From Paragordius varius (Eukaryota > Animalia > Nematomorpha), in the NCBI GenBank assembly GCA_964247055.1, contig OZ176051.1, forward strand, positions 6,386,001 through 6,450,000: DNA of 64,000 nucleotides. Reading direction: 5' to 3'. The notes under the pieces are model-generated. The model made no database searches. It was not told where the DNA came from and saw only the letters and a list, made by a program, of their open reading frames with translations. The position numbers and the translations under genes are program-made. Position 1 is the stretch's first letter. Every line of letters begins with the position of its first letter. Shown in pieces: positions 51,601 through 64,000 of this stretch.

Positions 51601-54600
51601 TTAGACTGTGTATTATACTCAACTTTAATATTATTCGCAATCTGGCTAATATTAAGGCACATCTACCCGCAACCCCCTTTGCACTCTTATAGTGGATTAT
51701 AAAATACATAACACTTTTTATCTGTTATGTCGACTATTCTCAAGCCTTTGATAACTTTATGCGATTTCTTAATATAATGACCCACATCACGATAAACTTT
51801 AATTATTTAAAATTTACTTATGTGAAGCCTCTTTAAAAATTTATATTGAATGGTTTTTATGAAAAAGATGTAAAATAGGGTAGTAATCTTCATCCCTTGC
51901 TTTTCAATAGATACACTGAGTATATTATTTGACAAATCATCTTACACAACAATTCTTTGGGGGCTTATCTAGCCTTCGTTTTGCAAAATTAAGTGCCCGT
52001 CAAAAATAAAATATGCATTATAAGATCTCATATGATCTCTTTTTTTGTATAAAAAAATGGGATACAATTAATATTAAGAGAACTATAATTATGAGACTAA
52101 CTGCATCGAATACAAAACACCCATATCTGGTTTCCAGGTCGTCCAAAAAATACAGTTTATAATATGATTGAGCCTTATCGACATTAAATAGCGTGTAACG
52201 CTTGCCAAAATTGACTTTTATCAGCGCAAAAAATCAATCCTTGACCATTATTATAAAAATGTGTAATCTACCAAGTCTTATACGGTTGTAGTTAGATCAT
52301 AAAAAATACATTGATGCCTTGCAATGATAGATTGCAAATTTTTTAACAAATGAACTTATAAAAATGAAAATAACAAACAAGCCTTCTTATAATAATAAAT
52401 AATAATAATATCAAATGACCTTATTTGATATTTTCGATAATAGTTAATTGGAAAAGAAAATATGGCAGACTACCGACGAAATATATTGATTATCAAATAA
52501 TTAAATTGAATAATTTATCTACAATAATGTTGGCTATTACAAACGACTTTAAGTTAATGTATAAAGGTTTGTAAAAGCTTGCAATGTTTGAAAAAATTAA
52601 TAAATTAACAACGCTAATTATCAGTTTTTTCTCAGGCTAAAATTAAATAATGCAAGATTAAATTTATTGGAATATTAGATATAATAATATTTCAATTTAT
52701 ATTTTTAGGTGCCACGCACAACAAACCAACTATCGTAAAAAATTCACCTCAACCAAACTATTTCATTATTGGTCAAGTATAAAATTATTTAGCAATATAT
52801 ATCTAATCATATTTTATATAAAATAATTTATATTATCCTTAGATAAGTCATGAATTTACCTCGGAATTGCTACAAGAATGTAATTTAACTGATAGGGATA
52901 TGACCTTTAAAAAATTACCCCTAGATTGTCCAAACGATCTTTGTGAAAACCTGGGGGCATTTCGTGCGCGGTATAAATGCACATTAATGCTGTTTAAAAT
53001 TTATTTCATATGAAGTTTTGTATTTTTATTTAAACAGAAATTCGAGATTTCAAAAGTCTGTGAGGACTCAACAACCACCCATATATGATGTGGAAAGATG
53101 TTTTGGTGATATACTCATATCATTTGCATTCCAAACTTCAACATATAATGGTATATTTAATAGTTGTTTTAAAAGTAGTAGAAAAAAGTTATTTAGTGAA
53201 ACTAGTTTTTACCCTAAAACACAATGAATTTGTTAGCTAAGAAATATTGAATAAAAATGACGTTATAGCTTAACATCATAGATTTTATTTTATGGAAAGT
53301 TTTAATTAATAATCGAATTAAATCTTTTTACTAATTTTATGTGTTTTCAATTTAGAAATATTAGGTAACAACATTGAACCTCAAAAACTATCTTCCATAC
53401 ACTTGTATAATGCACTTATTACAAAACCTTTAAAAGTTGAAAATAAAGAAGACCACATCAATAGCCCTAAAAATCCACAAGATGAGTTAATTATTCATCA
53501 AAGATTTACAAATGATTGGCTCTCATATTGTGAGACGTCTAAAGGCATTGATCAATCTAATAACCATTTTATTGCCTTACAAAAACATGAAAATCGATTT
53601 GGAATTGTTTCCATGCAGTGCAGTATTAAAGATACCGATGATCTAAACCCAAATACTATCTTTCCAGCATCGATTAAACCATGCATATATTTCAAGCATC
53701 GAGGTTTTATATATTTTTAAACATTACTTGAAAATAAAATTTTTAATGGGTAAGATCCTTATTATTTATGGATTATATATGTGTCATATTGTATATTTAA
53801 GAGTGTAAATACTATCGTATTTGTTGGATTTCTAAAATTACCGATTTAATTAACTATTAAGCCGCTGTTGGTTTATATATGATATATTTATCTACTTTTT
53901 TCATGAATAAATGCAATTGGATAATTTTACTTGTTTATTATTAAATAAATAACACATAGATATTTTCATATTCCCCTACACTTATTCAGTATTAAAGTGC
54001 ATTAATTTTACAAAAAACGATCAGTGCGCTGTAATCAATATTTACTATTTTTTAATAAAAGTTTTAATTTACAGACGAATGGGACGTATTACAAGATTCA
54101 GATGAACAACAGTTTAATGAATCGGGTTTAGCATTATCCGATACGAATATTGTTACAAATCACAACAAACCAAACAATGCTCTTAAAAACAAAGCCATAA
54201 TTGCTAGTGGAAAAAAACTGCTAAAATATGGGTTATCCTACCTCTATCCTGGATCGGTTCAAGGTCAATCACAACAACCTTTGATATCAAAATCTCGGTA
54301 CCATCGTCAAAAATCGCAAAGTTACACCAATATTAATGTAAGTTTTTTTCTAAAATTTTATTATATAATGTGTCATTTTCACGATTAAAATTAACTTTTT
54401 GTTTTTATCAATATGATCCAGTTCATAAATATTTGGTAATGTTTTGGTTTTTTTTTTAAAGTTACATATGCCATAATTGTACGCTTTAATAAGGCAAAAA
54501 GGCATAATTTTAATTTAATATTTATTTTGCGTAGGAAACCGAAATAAATGAAATTGATGATATCACTAACAATACTACCGATATTGAACTTGCAAATGAG

Positions 54601-55748
54601 GCACTTCTTATTGGTATTAATTTATGATATTTATCATATCATGGTTAGAAAAATTCTAAGGGATACATAACTTGGCAAATATTGTTTTTAAATATCAATA
54701 AATTATATATATGTACATAAAAAAAACTTTTTTAGTTTTAAATCCTATGTCTTTTTCTCATTATCTAATGTGCAAGTATCTATTATAAAAATTTCATGGA
54801 AATAAAAATATTAATAATGATTATAGAATCAGGATCTGAACTACAAAAACCACCACTAGTCCAACATAATTTTTGTCTCCAACAATTTCCCAAAGGCACA
54901 TTTTGCATGTTTTGTGATCGCAAAGTTTGATATATGCATAAACAAAATTATTAAGATTTAACGAATTAAAATTTTCAGAAAATATTTTGTAAATTTAGCT
55001 AAAATGTTTTATTTAAGATTTATATTAAGAGTGCAATCTTACAAATTATTGTTTTAAACGTGGATTAATACAGTAAAAATTGAAATAATACGGACAAAAC
55101 CTAAAAATATACAGACAAATATTTTTATCTAAAAGGCAAACTGCTTTTTAACACCTTTAAACTTATATAAGCTATTTAGTTACAATTATATGTTAGTCAT
55201 ATATATTTCTATTTCAGACTTTACCATTTAAAAATGATGAGTTATATTGAAATAAATTAAAATTTAAAAGTATAGTTCTCTCTTAAAAATATTTGTCTTT
55301 ATATATTTATGTTTTGTCAAAATAATGATTGAATTTTACAACATGTAAATATATATATATTTTGCATTTTTTCAAAAAATAATTGTCATTAGATTTGGCT
55401 CAAATCTGCATTTATTTGTAATGTTTGTGGTAAAATTTGTCATAAAAAATGTCTCCTCCGTTGCTCCAATGAAACTGTTTGCCCTCAACAACGGTATTGT
55501 ATTTCAGTAAATATAATTTACATTCTATACATGATTATTTTTTTAAAGAGTTTATTTTTTACAAAAATACATAGAAATCAACACATACCTCCCAGTCCAA
55601 AAACTAAAGTAATAACACTAATTTTATTAATATAATAAGTCATTTATATTAAACGACATTATTTTGTTGTTAGATTTTACCAGATAGGCCAGCTCCACCA
55701 AAGAATGCACAATTATCTAATGATAATACACCAATCAAGCTTCATTAA
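39601..55748 (+). CDS. PDZD8: PDZ domain-containing protein 8 (TM-SMP-PDZ-C2-like-C1), 29 exons, about 1677 aa
   Basis: Exons 39601-39741, 39766-39857, 39881-40055, 40089-40394, 41429-41509, 42466-42643, 43133-43434, 43521-43641, 43884-44005, 44086-44172, 44269-44372, 44932-45114, 47942-48065, 48398-48466, 48538-48706, 49032-49577, 49823-50349, 50613-50843, 51178-51346, 52709-52776, 52843-52970, 53038-53150, 53356-53703, 54075-54337, 54535-54613, 54827-54924, 55393-55493, 55575-55608, 55674-55748 total 5034 nt in frame. Motifs: N-terminal TM; FLFFELRD; GPVRLRFSRIPYTHWSF; KRHTFPHYKLRVKPFF; PDZ IAPNSPA...GDMILNING; CFGDILISF; C1 HNF..CMFCDRKIWLKSAFICNVCGKICHKKC. Some low-complexity middle exons and the 3' end are less certain. 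Confidence 0.9.
39742..39765 (+). other. 24-nt GT-AG intron (PDZD8 intron 1)
   Basis: GTTTCAAAATATTTAATTACATAG; ends in an in-frame TAG. Confidence 0.8.
39858..39880 (+). other. 23-nt GT-AG intron (PDZD8 intron 2)
   Basis: GTATTTTTTTGATAAAAATTTAG; removal gives ELRDSFKVKQWIINKV, colinear with the conserved ELRD....RRW..KK motif. Confidence 0.88.
40056..40088 (+). other. 33-nt GT-AG intron (PDZD8 intron 3)
   Basis: GTTTGA...TTTTCTTTTAG; in-frame TGA at its second codon. Confidence 0.88.
42916..43075 (+). mobile_element. Probable tRNA-derived SINE in a PDZD8 intron
   Basis: GC-rich island with A-box-like GCCGTGATGTAG, B-box GTTCGAACC (42956-42964) and an A-rich tail; no full cloverleaf. Confidence 0.45.
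45240..47399 (-). mobile_element. IS630/Tc1-superfamily element with very long inverted arms, in a PDZD8 intron
   Basis: Arms 45240-45861 and 46725-47399 are inverted copies. Termini are TATACCATTTGCAC and GTGCAAACGGTATA, with 5 versus 7 subterminal 21-bp units. Confidence 0.9.
45589..46496 (-). pseudogene. Frameshifted DDE transposase (IS630/Tc1-like)
   Basis: HTH-like N-terminus, then IVFIDESGF (D1), YFILDSAKI (D2) and FLSPYSFMLNLIENAFSKIK (E), broken by at least 3 frameshifts. Confidence 0.9.
47490..47719 (-). mobile_element. Extra terminus of the same family (arm type seen at 32161-32360)
   Basis: About 4 21-bp units ending GTGTAAATGGTATA; the interior matches the reverse of about 32230-32360. 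Confidence 0.8.
50371..50549. mobile_element. hAT-type MITE related to 18347 and 59528
   Basis: Ends CAGGAGGTGTCCAACAC and TGTTGGACACCCATG; flanks GTTGAGTA and GTAGAGTG (6/8 match). Confidence 0.7.
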
Positions 55749-55759
55749 AGGTAATTGGT

Positions 55760-57150
55760 TACAAATTATAAAAAAAATGTGTGTGTATCGTCTTTGTGTA
55801 ATGGGTTATTGTATCTATATAACTGTAATATTTGCGATCATGCCAGGCGTTACCATCAATATGTTGAACACTCAAATAATTATTTATTGTTTTTTCCCAG
55901 TTAAAAGTTGGTCTACCCCTATGTGGAGATAAATTTTTATTTGTCCATTGCTCTGGAGCACGTTTGATGGGTCCGAAATGTCTAAGCCTATTTATTCTGA
56001 GCATAATATTTAAGAATTCGATTTGGTATAGTTGATAATTTGATTTGTTGTGTACCCACTTACAAGATGTACATAGGATTGAATTAAGTATTACATCTAA
56101 CTCACATACTCCATGGAAACTTAGGTCGTTCATCCCGTTATCAGCACCTTTGTTTTGCTTATATTTATCTTCATTCCACCCTTTTCTAAGTGTGATTTCC
56201 ATGTGTTGTACTTTTAATTTAATTCTTCCATTGATGTTGCGGTGAGGACGATGTCGTCCGCATGGATAAGTTTCCATGGTGGGCCTTGTTTTATATCTTT
56301 TGTTAAATAATCCATTATTAAAATGAAGAGTAGAGGGCTTAGGATGGAGCCTTGATGAAGACCAAATTCGTTTGGGACAAAAGCTGTGTTGCCTAGTGTT
56401 AATCTGACGCAGTTTGTTGTTTTTAGCACATCATTTCTCTTGATTTAATTATCCAATCATCTAAGTTGTTGGCTCGTAGTATGGATGTGATTAACTTCCT
56501 GGGGATACAATCAAAGGCCCTTTGTAGTCAATAAAAACATGATAAAGTTTTTTATTTTTCGCTAAATATTCTTGTAAGTTTCTCAAAATGAAGATAGTAT
56601 CAATTGTGCTGATATGTTTTGGAATCTTTGGTGAAAGTCTAGAGATGCGCTGTATTCTATATGTATCACCTTCTTTGTTATGGATGCCAAAAGCGTTCCA
56701 TGTATTCTCATATAGTCTTGGTCATTAGTGCAAACGTGGGAATTAAAATCTCCACCTATAAAAATTTTGTTAATGAGAAATGTCGTATATTTGGTCCAAA
56801 AGGCTTGTTTGGTTGCTTCGCTTAATTCAGACTGGGGGCATATATGGTAAGTATGTTTAGAGTTTTTTTAAAGATATGTATTTTCCGTTGTGTCTGTTTA
56901 TTTCTATTATATTTTCACAATATTTATTCTTAATAGCTATTAGCACTCAATGTTGGCCTTTTATTTGACCTTTGTAGAATATTATATAGTTGTCAATATT
57001 TAGCTTTTCTTCAAATTTATATCTTGTTTCCTGGAGGCAACAGATGTCACATTTTTCTCTTTGATTTGGTCGATAACTAAGTTTGATCTACTGATTAGTG
57101 TCGGAATATTCCAAGTGCCAATCTTCAGTCATTTTATCATATTGTTGGGT
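55760..57150 (-). mobile_element. Decayed, internally deleted RTE-like LINE (endonuclease and reverse transcriptase remnants)
   Basis: KIGTWNIPTL (APE start) near 57130; VFIDYKRAFDCIPR near 56510-56545; GLHQGSILSPLLFILIMD and LIHADDIV in ORF 56214-56429. Confidence 0.85.
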
Positions 57151-57245
57151 GTTTTTTGATGTTTGAGGTTTTTTAGGAGTTGAAATTATACATATATATA
57201 TTACTATCATAATTATTTGTAAAATCAATATTATCATTTTTAATA

Positions 57246-57596
57246 AGTGTTGTCATTTCAATCATTTTAGTTTCAAAAGTCCGACTCCCACCCCCTTGTG
57301 GTGCACCCTGTTTAATACCAACAGGAGCAAATAATTACTTTTTTTACTATAAAATACCACAATACCTACATTGACACAGATGATAAAGCGGGTTTATCAG
57401 GCGCTATAACCAGTTGTTATAAACAACCAATTAGTATTATATGTAAGCGGAGATGGAACTTCGTAAGCCTAGAAATGCCAGTCCATAGGTTAGAGACACT
57501 GAAATAGTCTCTTGATTTGTAAAGGCATGCAAATCGAAAAAAGAATCTCCTTACTTTAACCGTATATGAAACTAAAATGATTGAAATGACAACACT
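57246..57596. mobile_element. MITE-like element with perfect 30-bp inverted repeats
   Basis: AGTGTTGTCATTTCAATCATTTTAGTTTCA at 57246-57275 with its reverse complement at 57567-57596; no TSD found. Confidence 0.65.
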
Positions 57597-58557
57597 AATC
57601 AATTAGGATAAAATTTTAAAAGTCAAATAAAATTTTATGAATAATCAAATAAATTTGGGGAGATAAAGCTTATTAAAATATAAATTCTTCATATTTATAT
57701 AGGTTATCAATTCCGTTTCATGTATGATTCTCTCCAACAAAAACCTGCTTTTAATCAATATCACACACACTTACTTATTTATATCAAGGTGGCCACTACC
57801 CATATCAAATATATATATTTTTACAGTGTTTTTAGCTAATTTTTATATTGCGCATATATTTCATAAGTGATCAAAATAATATAACCACTAATATTTATTA
57901 ATGTATATAATGCGGTGCATCAGTCACACAAAACCATATTTTAATATAATTTAAAATCTTTTTTTTATAATGTGGAATATTAGTTTATAATATGTAATGT
58001 TTTATACATACAAACAAATAATATGAAAAAAACTAAATTATTTACACTAATTAATGTACACACATTATTATCTGAAAATGAAATAAATGTGAAAAATTAA
58101 GATGTTACACAATCATTAATAAAGGGCAAACAAAATACGGGATAAAAATAGAAATAAATGGTTTATAAATCATTTTTTAAGAAATAACAAGCATTTAGTT
58201 TTGGTAGTAAAACTTCTACTCAAACATTAGGGGGGATATAATTTGAATTTATATTGAAATTTATATATCAGTGGAATCATCCATAAATTTTTCCTTTAAA
58301 ATATGTGCTTTTTTATGTAGGAACTATGCATTATTAGCTGATGTTAATATGAGACAAAAAAAGGAAGTAGGTAGTAGGTAGAGGCATTATTACCTAAACA
58401 TATCCCTCTGAAAAGAAAAGACACAATACACGCACACATCATTCATTTAGTAAGTGTGTGGCAAATACAGGCCACATTCATTCCTAAAAACGAATGCGTT
58501 AGCGGTGTGTGTATTTTCCCAAAACTAAGCAATCGAAATTCACATTGTCCCGGAAAT

Positions 58558-61500
58558 TTAAATTGATAATGCCCTTTCATACTCTGGTTCTAGGATTTGT
58601 TTATTATAAATATTATCAGATTGAAACGATTTTTTATGGTATAGGCCTGTCGTAGACATAATAAGCCTATTTGACGAATCTTTATAACTCATCGCTTTAG
58701 TATTATTATGTATCATGAGTTTGGGTAAACATCTTTTTTTCATCAAAGGGTTGCGGTTAGAAACAACTGGATTCTTATGATTATTGGTAGCGATGGAAGC
58801 AATGTCACCACAAGATGAATTAGAATAAGCCTGTGACTTTTTTTCTTTCGTTACCACCAATAAAAGCTCCTCATTCATTACAGATTTTTCTTCCAAGTTA
58901 TGATTTGTTTTTCTTTTATGATCGCGATTCCGACCTCCGCGTTTTCGTCTCTCAAGCCGCACGCTTTTCAATTTATGTATCAAATAAAATTGGTACCAGG
59001 GCACATATATTTTGCAGGTGTCATCCCGTGAAATACGTTTCCATAGATCATAGAAATCGGAAACATCCATCATATTTATACCTAATGAAAGGGATAGAAA
59101 GGCTATATAATGAAAATTTTATCGAATTTAAAGCAAATTCTAATTTTATATAGTAATGCGAAATTATTTATTTTGTAAGTAAAAATTGATCCAATAAAAT
59201 AATCAACACCTTTATATTTATCCTATAATAGCTTTTCATTTAATCCACTGAGAAAAATATTTACACAAATTTAGCATATATGTGTTAAAATAATATGATG
59301 ATATATATTAGAGTTGATACAAGATATATTATTGGTCGTTTTTTATTGGTATAAGAAAAAACCAATTCATGTTTGTCATATATTTAGTCTGTTAAAATGA
59401 AAAATTGGTAATGTCAATAATAAGGCCTATAACTAACAAAAAATTCATTAAAAATTAATAAACTAAGGTAGCGCCTCCTTAAACTAAAATAATATTATTT
59501 TATAAATTTATGTTTTTGTGGGAAGGTCAAGGATGTCCAACACAGATATTTCGCGTGCTGCTTTGATAATGTGTATTTTTTTATTTATGCTCAAAATTGG
59601 TTGATATATCTTCTAAATAATCGTAAATTTCTGATTAAAATCCTATTTACTTTTTTAAACATTTTTGGAAGCGCTTTTGCGTACCGAACAAAGCGTGTTG
59701 GACACTCCTGGTTTATGACTTAAAACAATAATAACTTAAAGAATAGAGCCGTTTTTAACAATAAAAAAAAGCGTGTTGATGCTCAACATGAGCTTATTAG
59801 TTTAAAGGCTTTTTTTATGAAATCATGGTGTCATCCACTGTAGCATATATTAATATAAAATTGTTAGTGTGATTAAAACAAATTTTTATGGTATGGAAAA
59901 ACATAATATACCCTTAGTCATGCGTCGTACATGCGTTTTACAAAATTTTTCAGCCACATTTGCATGTAATTCATACGTTAATACCAAAGCCTTCACACTA
60001 TTCGTAAGGGATGGTTCATAACCCTGTTCCTCGAGTTCTTGAGGTGTTAGCTCCAATTGTGAGTTAGCATCAGATTTTATGGCAAAATATTTGGCACATC
60101 GTATCGTATCACATAACAATCTGTGGTGATAATGTTAAATAGGAATAACAGTGTAAAATAATGATAAACGAAAATTAATTAAAAAATTAATTGAAAGATA
60201 ATAATTATAAACAATGTGTGAAACTCTTTCGTCAATAGTAATCGCAGATTAGTTTCGTGCTTGTTAGCACTCATCAGTACGACACAAGTATTTGACTTGG
60301 GGTTTTCACAAAGAGATTTCGTATATAGATCCAAATTTGTAATATTGGTATAAAAGCAATCGGTTATACGAATTTAAATTGAATTTAATTGACTTCATGA
60401 AATTTAACTGAAAAATTAACACTAGGGTTTAACCCTAGAATTAGAGTATAGCTACTTAGGGATTTCAAAGAAAGTAATATAATAACTAATTGTTAAAGCA
60501 TGCCATATTATAATATATGGGTATTTTAAATTGTTAATAGGAAAAAAATTATATTTGCCTTCACTTTTACAGAAATTTTTCTCATTAACAAATAAAAGAA
60601 TTTTATAACCAATAATATATATGTTTATTGTATTTTCTTATGTATGTTCATGAAATTAAGTAAAAAACTAATCATATTTTTCGATATAAAACTTTTTAGC
60701 CTACATTAAATCTTTTACATCAAAATATATCATTAATTCATATGGATATTGTTAAATATTTAAAAGATAAAAAATCTAAAATGGGAATCGGAATCGTTTT
60801 ATGATTAAAGTTCCATATTTATATATATATATATATCTAGTTCAATATTTTTTGAGCAAATCAGTTTGGTTTACAATTTTATAAATGATAGCCTGAGACA
60901 TATATTTTTGAGAATAAACAAAATAATAAAATAATTATCAAAAAATAAAATTACAATTCATCTATAAATTTTTCAACAAAGGGTGTAAAGCGATTCCGAA
61001 AAAGATAATGGTATTCCAATATAATAACAGCTTAAATCATATCAAAGTAAAACAATCATTAAAACCTTATTTTCTTGTCACGATCATCTATACCTTGCCC
61101 AAAATGTAAATCATACTGTTCGTATTCAAATTGTACATGGAGGTATCTTTTTAGTGTATATATATATATATATATATATAATACATTTAATAAAAATACA
61201 TATCTTATATATTTTATTTACATTTTGAAAATAGAGTTAAATAAAACTTGTTTCCTTCACGCATTTGTGCTTCTATCCAACGGATGACTTGTCTGGCTCG
61301 ACTGCTGTCTTTTTTCAAGATATCCAGGAGATTTAGTACTGTTTATTTATAAATAATCATGTAGTTTTGGAACAATTATAATATAAATACATTTGCAAAT
61401 ATTTAAATCTTAAATGAAGTAATCAATAATTTAGAATCTTAAACAAATGCCTTGCAATAAACTAAAATTAATGCAAATTAACCTGAACGTGCCAAAACAA

Positions 61501-62330
61501 TGATGAAACTTTTAGAAGCAATCAAAATTTTGAACAAATGAAGTTTTTCACAAAGTGCATGAGTGTCCGGTACAAGGAAAGACGGTGGGGCAACATAGGG
61601 CCCTTCTTTTATCTCATTAGAATTTTCCATTATCTCGGTTGCACATTCTTTCATATTATCCTATTAAATATAAAATACAGTAACTTCGATGATTCTGCAT
61701 AAATATTTTATGAAAAAAACATTTTTATAAAATATATAGAAAGTTATCATAGCATATTGTTTTGTCATTCTTTCCGTTATCGTTTTAACATCCGTGTCTC
61801 CAACAAATATATCTATTTTTAACTTGTCCTTTCTTGTTACCCCATACATCTATTTTTCATTCCAGTATAGCTTGCTTTGGATTTTTTGATCCACGTCAAT
61901 TTTTTTCATGAAGGGGTCAGCAAATTCGAATATTGGAACCTAAACTGGAAAGCCCTGGACTGTTGGTTTTAGCAAATAATATTTCCCTTTTCTGTTATAC
62001 TATTTTGCAAAAAAATATTAAAACTATCAATAAATTTTTATTTGATGCAGGTTGGGTAGAGTAAAAAAAGTGAAAGATTTGGGGATAAGTTCAGATAGCT
62101 TGATCAGATAATTTGAGAAAGAACAGCAGTTGGTGAAAATTTCAAGCGTGGATGCGATAAAAATATTGAGGTTAGAGTGAAAATAAGATATATAGTTCAG
62201 TTGTTAGGCCCACAATGATGTATAATTTACAGACATGGAGCGTCGAAAAATCCGAATAAAGTCATTTTAACGTTATGGAAATGAAAATGCTTAGAATGAT
62301 GTGTGGGTTAACAAGAAAGGACAAAGTTGA

Positions 62331-62366
<36 letters not shown>

Positions 62367-63787
62367 GTGAGAGCACAGATGTTAAATAAATCGATAACAG
62401 AAAGAATTTAATAAAATAGATAGCAAAAACAATAGAAAGTCTTATAGTTAAAAACGGTGCGCCTTAAAGAAAGATGGACACAATAAAGTACTAGAAAATT
62501 ACAAACTAAAAGCTGAAGACGCTATAGAGAAAGTTCTATGACGAAACAGCCTATCTAACATCGCTCTGACAAATGAAAACATGCAAGTGATAATATTTTA
62601 AGGTTAGTTACTTAAATAATGTAATCAATTACATTTTGCATTAATTTTTTTGAAAAAAATTTTTGCCATTCATACCGATGATGTTTTGGAAACTAACACG
62701 TTAGCTTCACATTGTAATCTGAGGTCACCCATTAATCTCATGAGTCGCTTTTTTTCGTCCAAAGCTAATCGATTATTATTGATTGAAACTTCAGATAAAT
62801 TTTCATAATCTTTTACATCGTGGGTGCGTAAGTTGACATTTTCAGTATTTTTATAATCATCATTTTTATACATTTTTAGACCTGTGCTTGTTTTAATGCT
62901 TATTGGGTAGTTTGACGGTTTCAAACTTGTACTAAGATGTTCCAAATCCTCATTTATTTCATCCACTCTATTCTAAAAAAATTTAAAATGACCATTTTTT
63001 TCAATATATAATTAATGATTTCACTTATGGTCTAATTATAAATTGCAATATACATGTCCCTTTTTTTATTTTTCATTATATCTTTCTTATTATGATAATC
63101 TAACGCTTTCAATAATAAATATCTATATGCTTAGAACATTAAACTAAAATTATTTTTAAAAATAATAAGGTCATAAAGTATCGGCTTTAAAAATAAAATT
63201 AAAAGGTGGTTTTAAATACCTGAGCAGCTCTCTTTATACTTCTAGTTTTGCGTTCCTTTTCCGCAATGGTGAATGTGTTAAAAAATTGATCAGTATCTTC
63301 ATCGTAAAGCACATCAATGTCCTTTATATTGGCAACGTAATAGGCAAATTGCCGGAGTTGCATGATACGAATCAAAGCCTATATTAATTTTTTTGTAAAG
63401 AACAAATAAAAAATATTATCTTAACACTCCTTATATTAGTTATATTTTTCCGCGTTACTTTAATAAAAAAAATATCAAATCATATTTGGATTTAGAATAA
63501 ATGTTTGCAATATAGGTTAACCTCATATTCTGGTTTCATAGGAGGTATGTCAAAAGCACTAAGATTTAGCATGTGTGTTTGAGAAGCTTTTAATGGCATA
63601 CAACCATAGAGATAGATATCTTCCGTAAGACTTATAAAATTACGTTTTCCATCACAGTAAAGTTGTGAGAAACGATCATAAAAGGATAAATTTGTCGAAT
63701 CTATCATTGCGATTGGACTGTTAATTCGATCACTTCGTTGACATAGTAATGGTTTTGGTCCTCGGCTGTCATAACTTTTTATTGCAT
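58558..63787 (-). CDS. SMG5: Nonsense-mediated decay factor SMG5 (EST1B), 5'-partial
   Basis: Phase-consistent exons 63787-63522, 63378-63220, 62972-62676, 61660-61483, 61338-61248, 61146-61066, 60120-59912, 59102-58558. Motifs: LTEDIYLYGCMPL, LMRLMGDLRLQCE, and PIN domain SFLVPDTHALC...FIIVLARSVLNLLDILKK...ARQVIRWIE...GNKYLHVQ...DVSDFYDLWK. Confidence 0.88.
59528..59710. mobile_element. hAT-type MITE in an SMG5 intron
   Basis: Ends CAAGGATGTCCAACAC and GTGTTGGACACTCCTG; the right end is the reverse counterpart of 50371-50420. No TSD match. Confidence 0.65.
61665..61880 (-). mobile_element. RTE-like LINE 3' fragment
   Basis: Translates MYGVTRKDK...TDVKTITER. Confidence 0.65.
62100..62590 (+). 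mobile_element. RTE-like LINE 3' fragment, inverted relative to 61665-61880
   Basis: Translates IYSSVVRPTMMY and MEMKMLRMMCGLTRKDKVEN..IRESTDVK; an (AT)n tract interrupts it at about 62330-62363. Confidence 0.75.
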
Positions 63788-64000
63788 CTGTTGTAAGGAA
63801 GGGGATAAAATGAAATTGTGGCTTATTTATTCGGACATAAATAAATATATAATAGAAAGAAAAGAAATTATGTAAATTACGGAAATCTAAAAAACGCAAT
63901 CATTTGGAGTATTATTTTATCAAAAGTTTTTCGTTTAAATGGAATTTTTACATTCAAAAGCAACATAAAACCAATATCTTTTCAAACAAACGAATTTTAT

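Noticed and set aside
60422-60438. Perfect hairpin CTAGGGTT-T-AACCCTAG in an SMG5 intron
   Set aside because: A single 8-bp stem with no associated element ends; telomere-like only by coincidence.
1-64000. Assigning the source organism
   Set aside because: The sequence supports only an AT-rich, TE-rich invertebrate-like animal; no diagnostic marker is present.

Overview
This is very AT-rich, intron-containing animal genomic DNA read with the standard code; it is not prokaryotic, and I found no CRISPR array, rRNA or intact tRNA. Five protein-coding genes can be spliced by hand with consistent exon phases. They are an orphan secreted mucin-like gene (minus, runs off the left edge), a Shaw/Kv3 potassium channel (minus, 811 aa), ALDH6A1 (minus, about 524 aa, 13 exons), PDZD8 (plus, about 1677 aa, 29 exons) and the 3' part of SMG5 (minus, runs off the right edge). 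Introns and intergenic space carry many transposon relics: hAT elements with 8-bp target-site duplications (TSDs), Helitrons nested inside them, RTE-like LINE fragments, a mariner fragment, MITEs and a probable SINE. The first notable observation is a set of 23-33-nt spliceosomal introns at the 5' ends of PDZD8 and ALDH6A1, required by homology and sitting beside kb-sized introns. The second is an IS630/Tc1-type system in which two different 21-bp subterminal repeat arrays share the terminus TATACCATTT, including a transposase copy whose 620-675-bp inverted arms duplicate its own catalytic C-terminus. All gene models are manual; family assignments rest on remembered motifs, and no database search was run.
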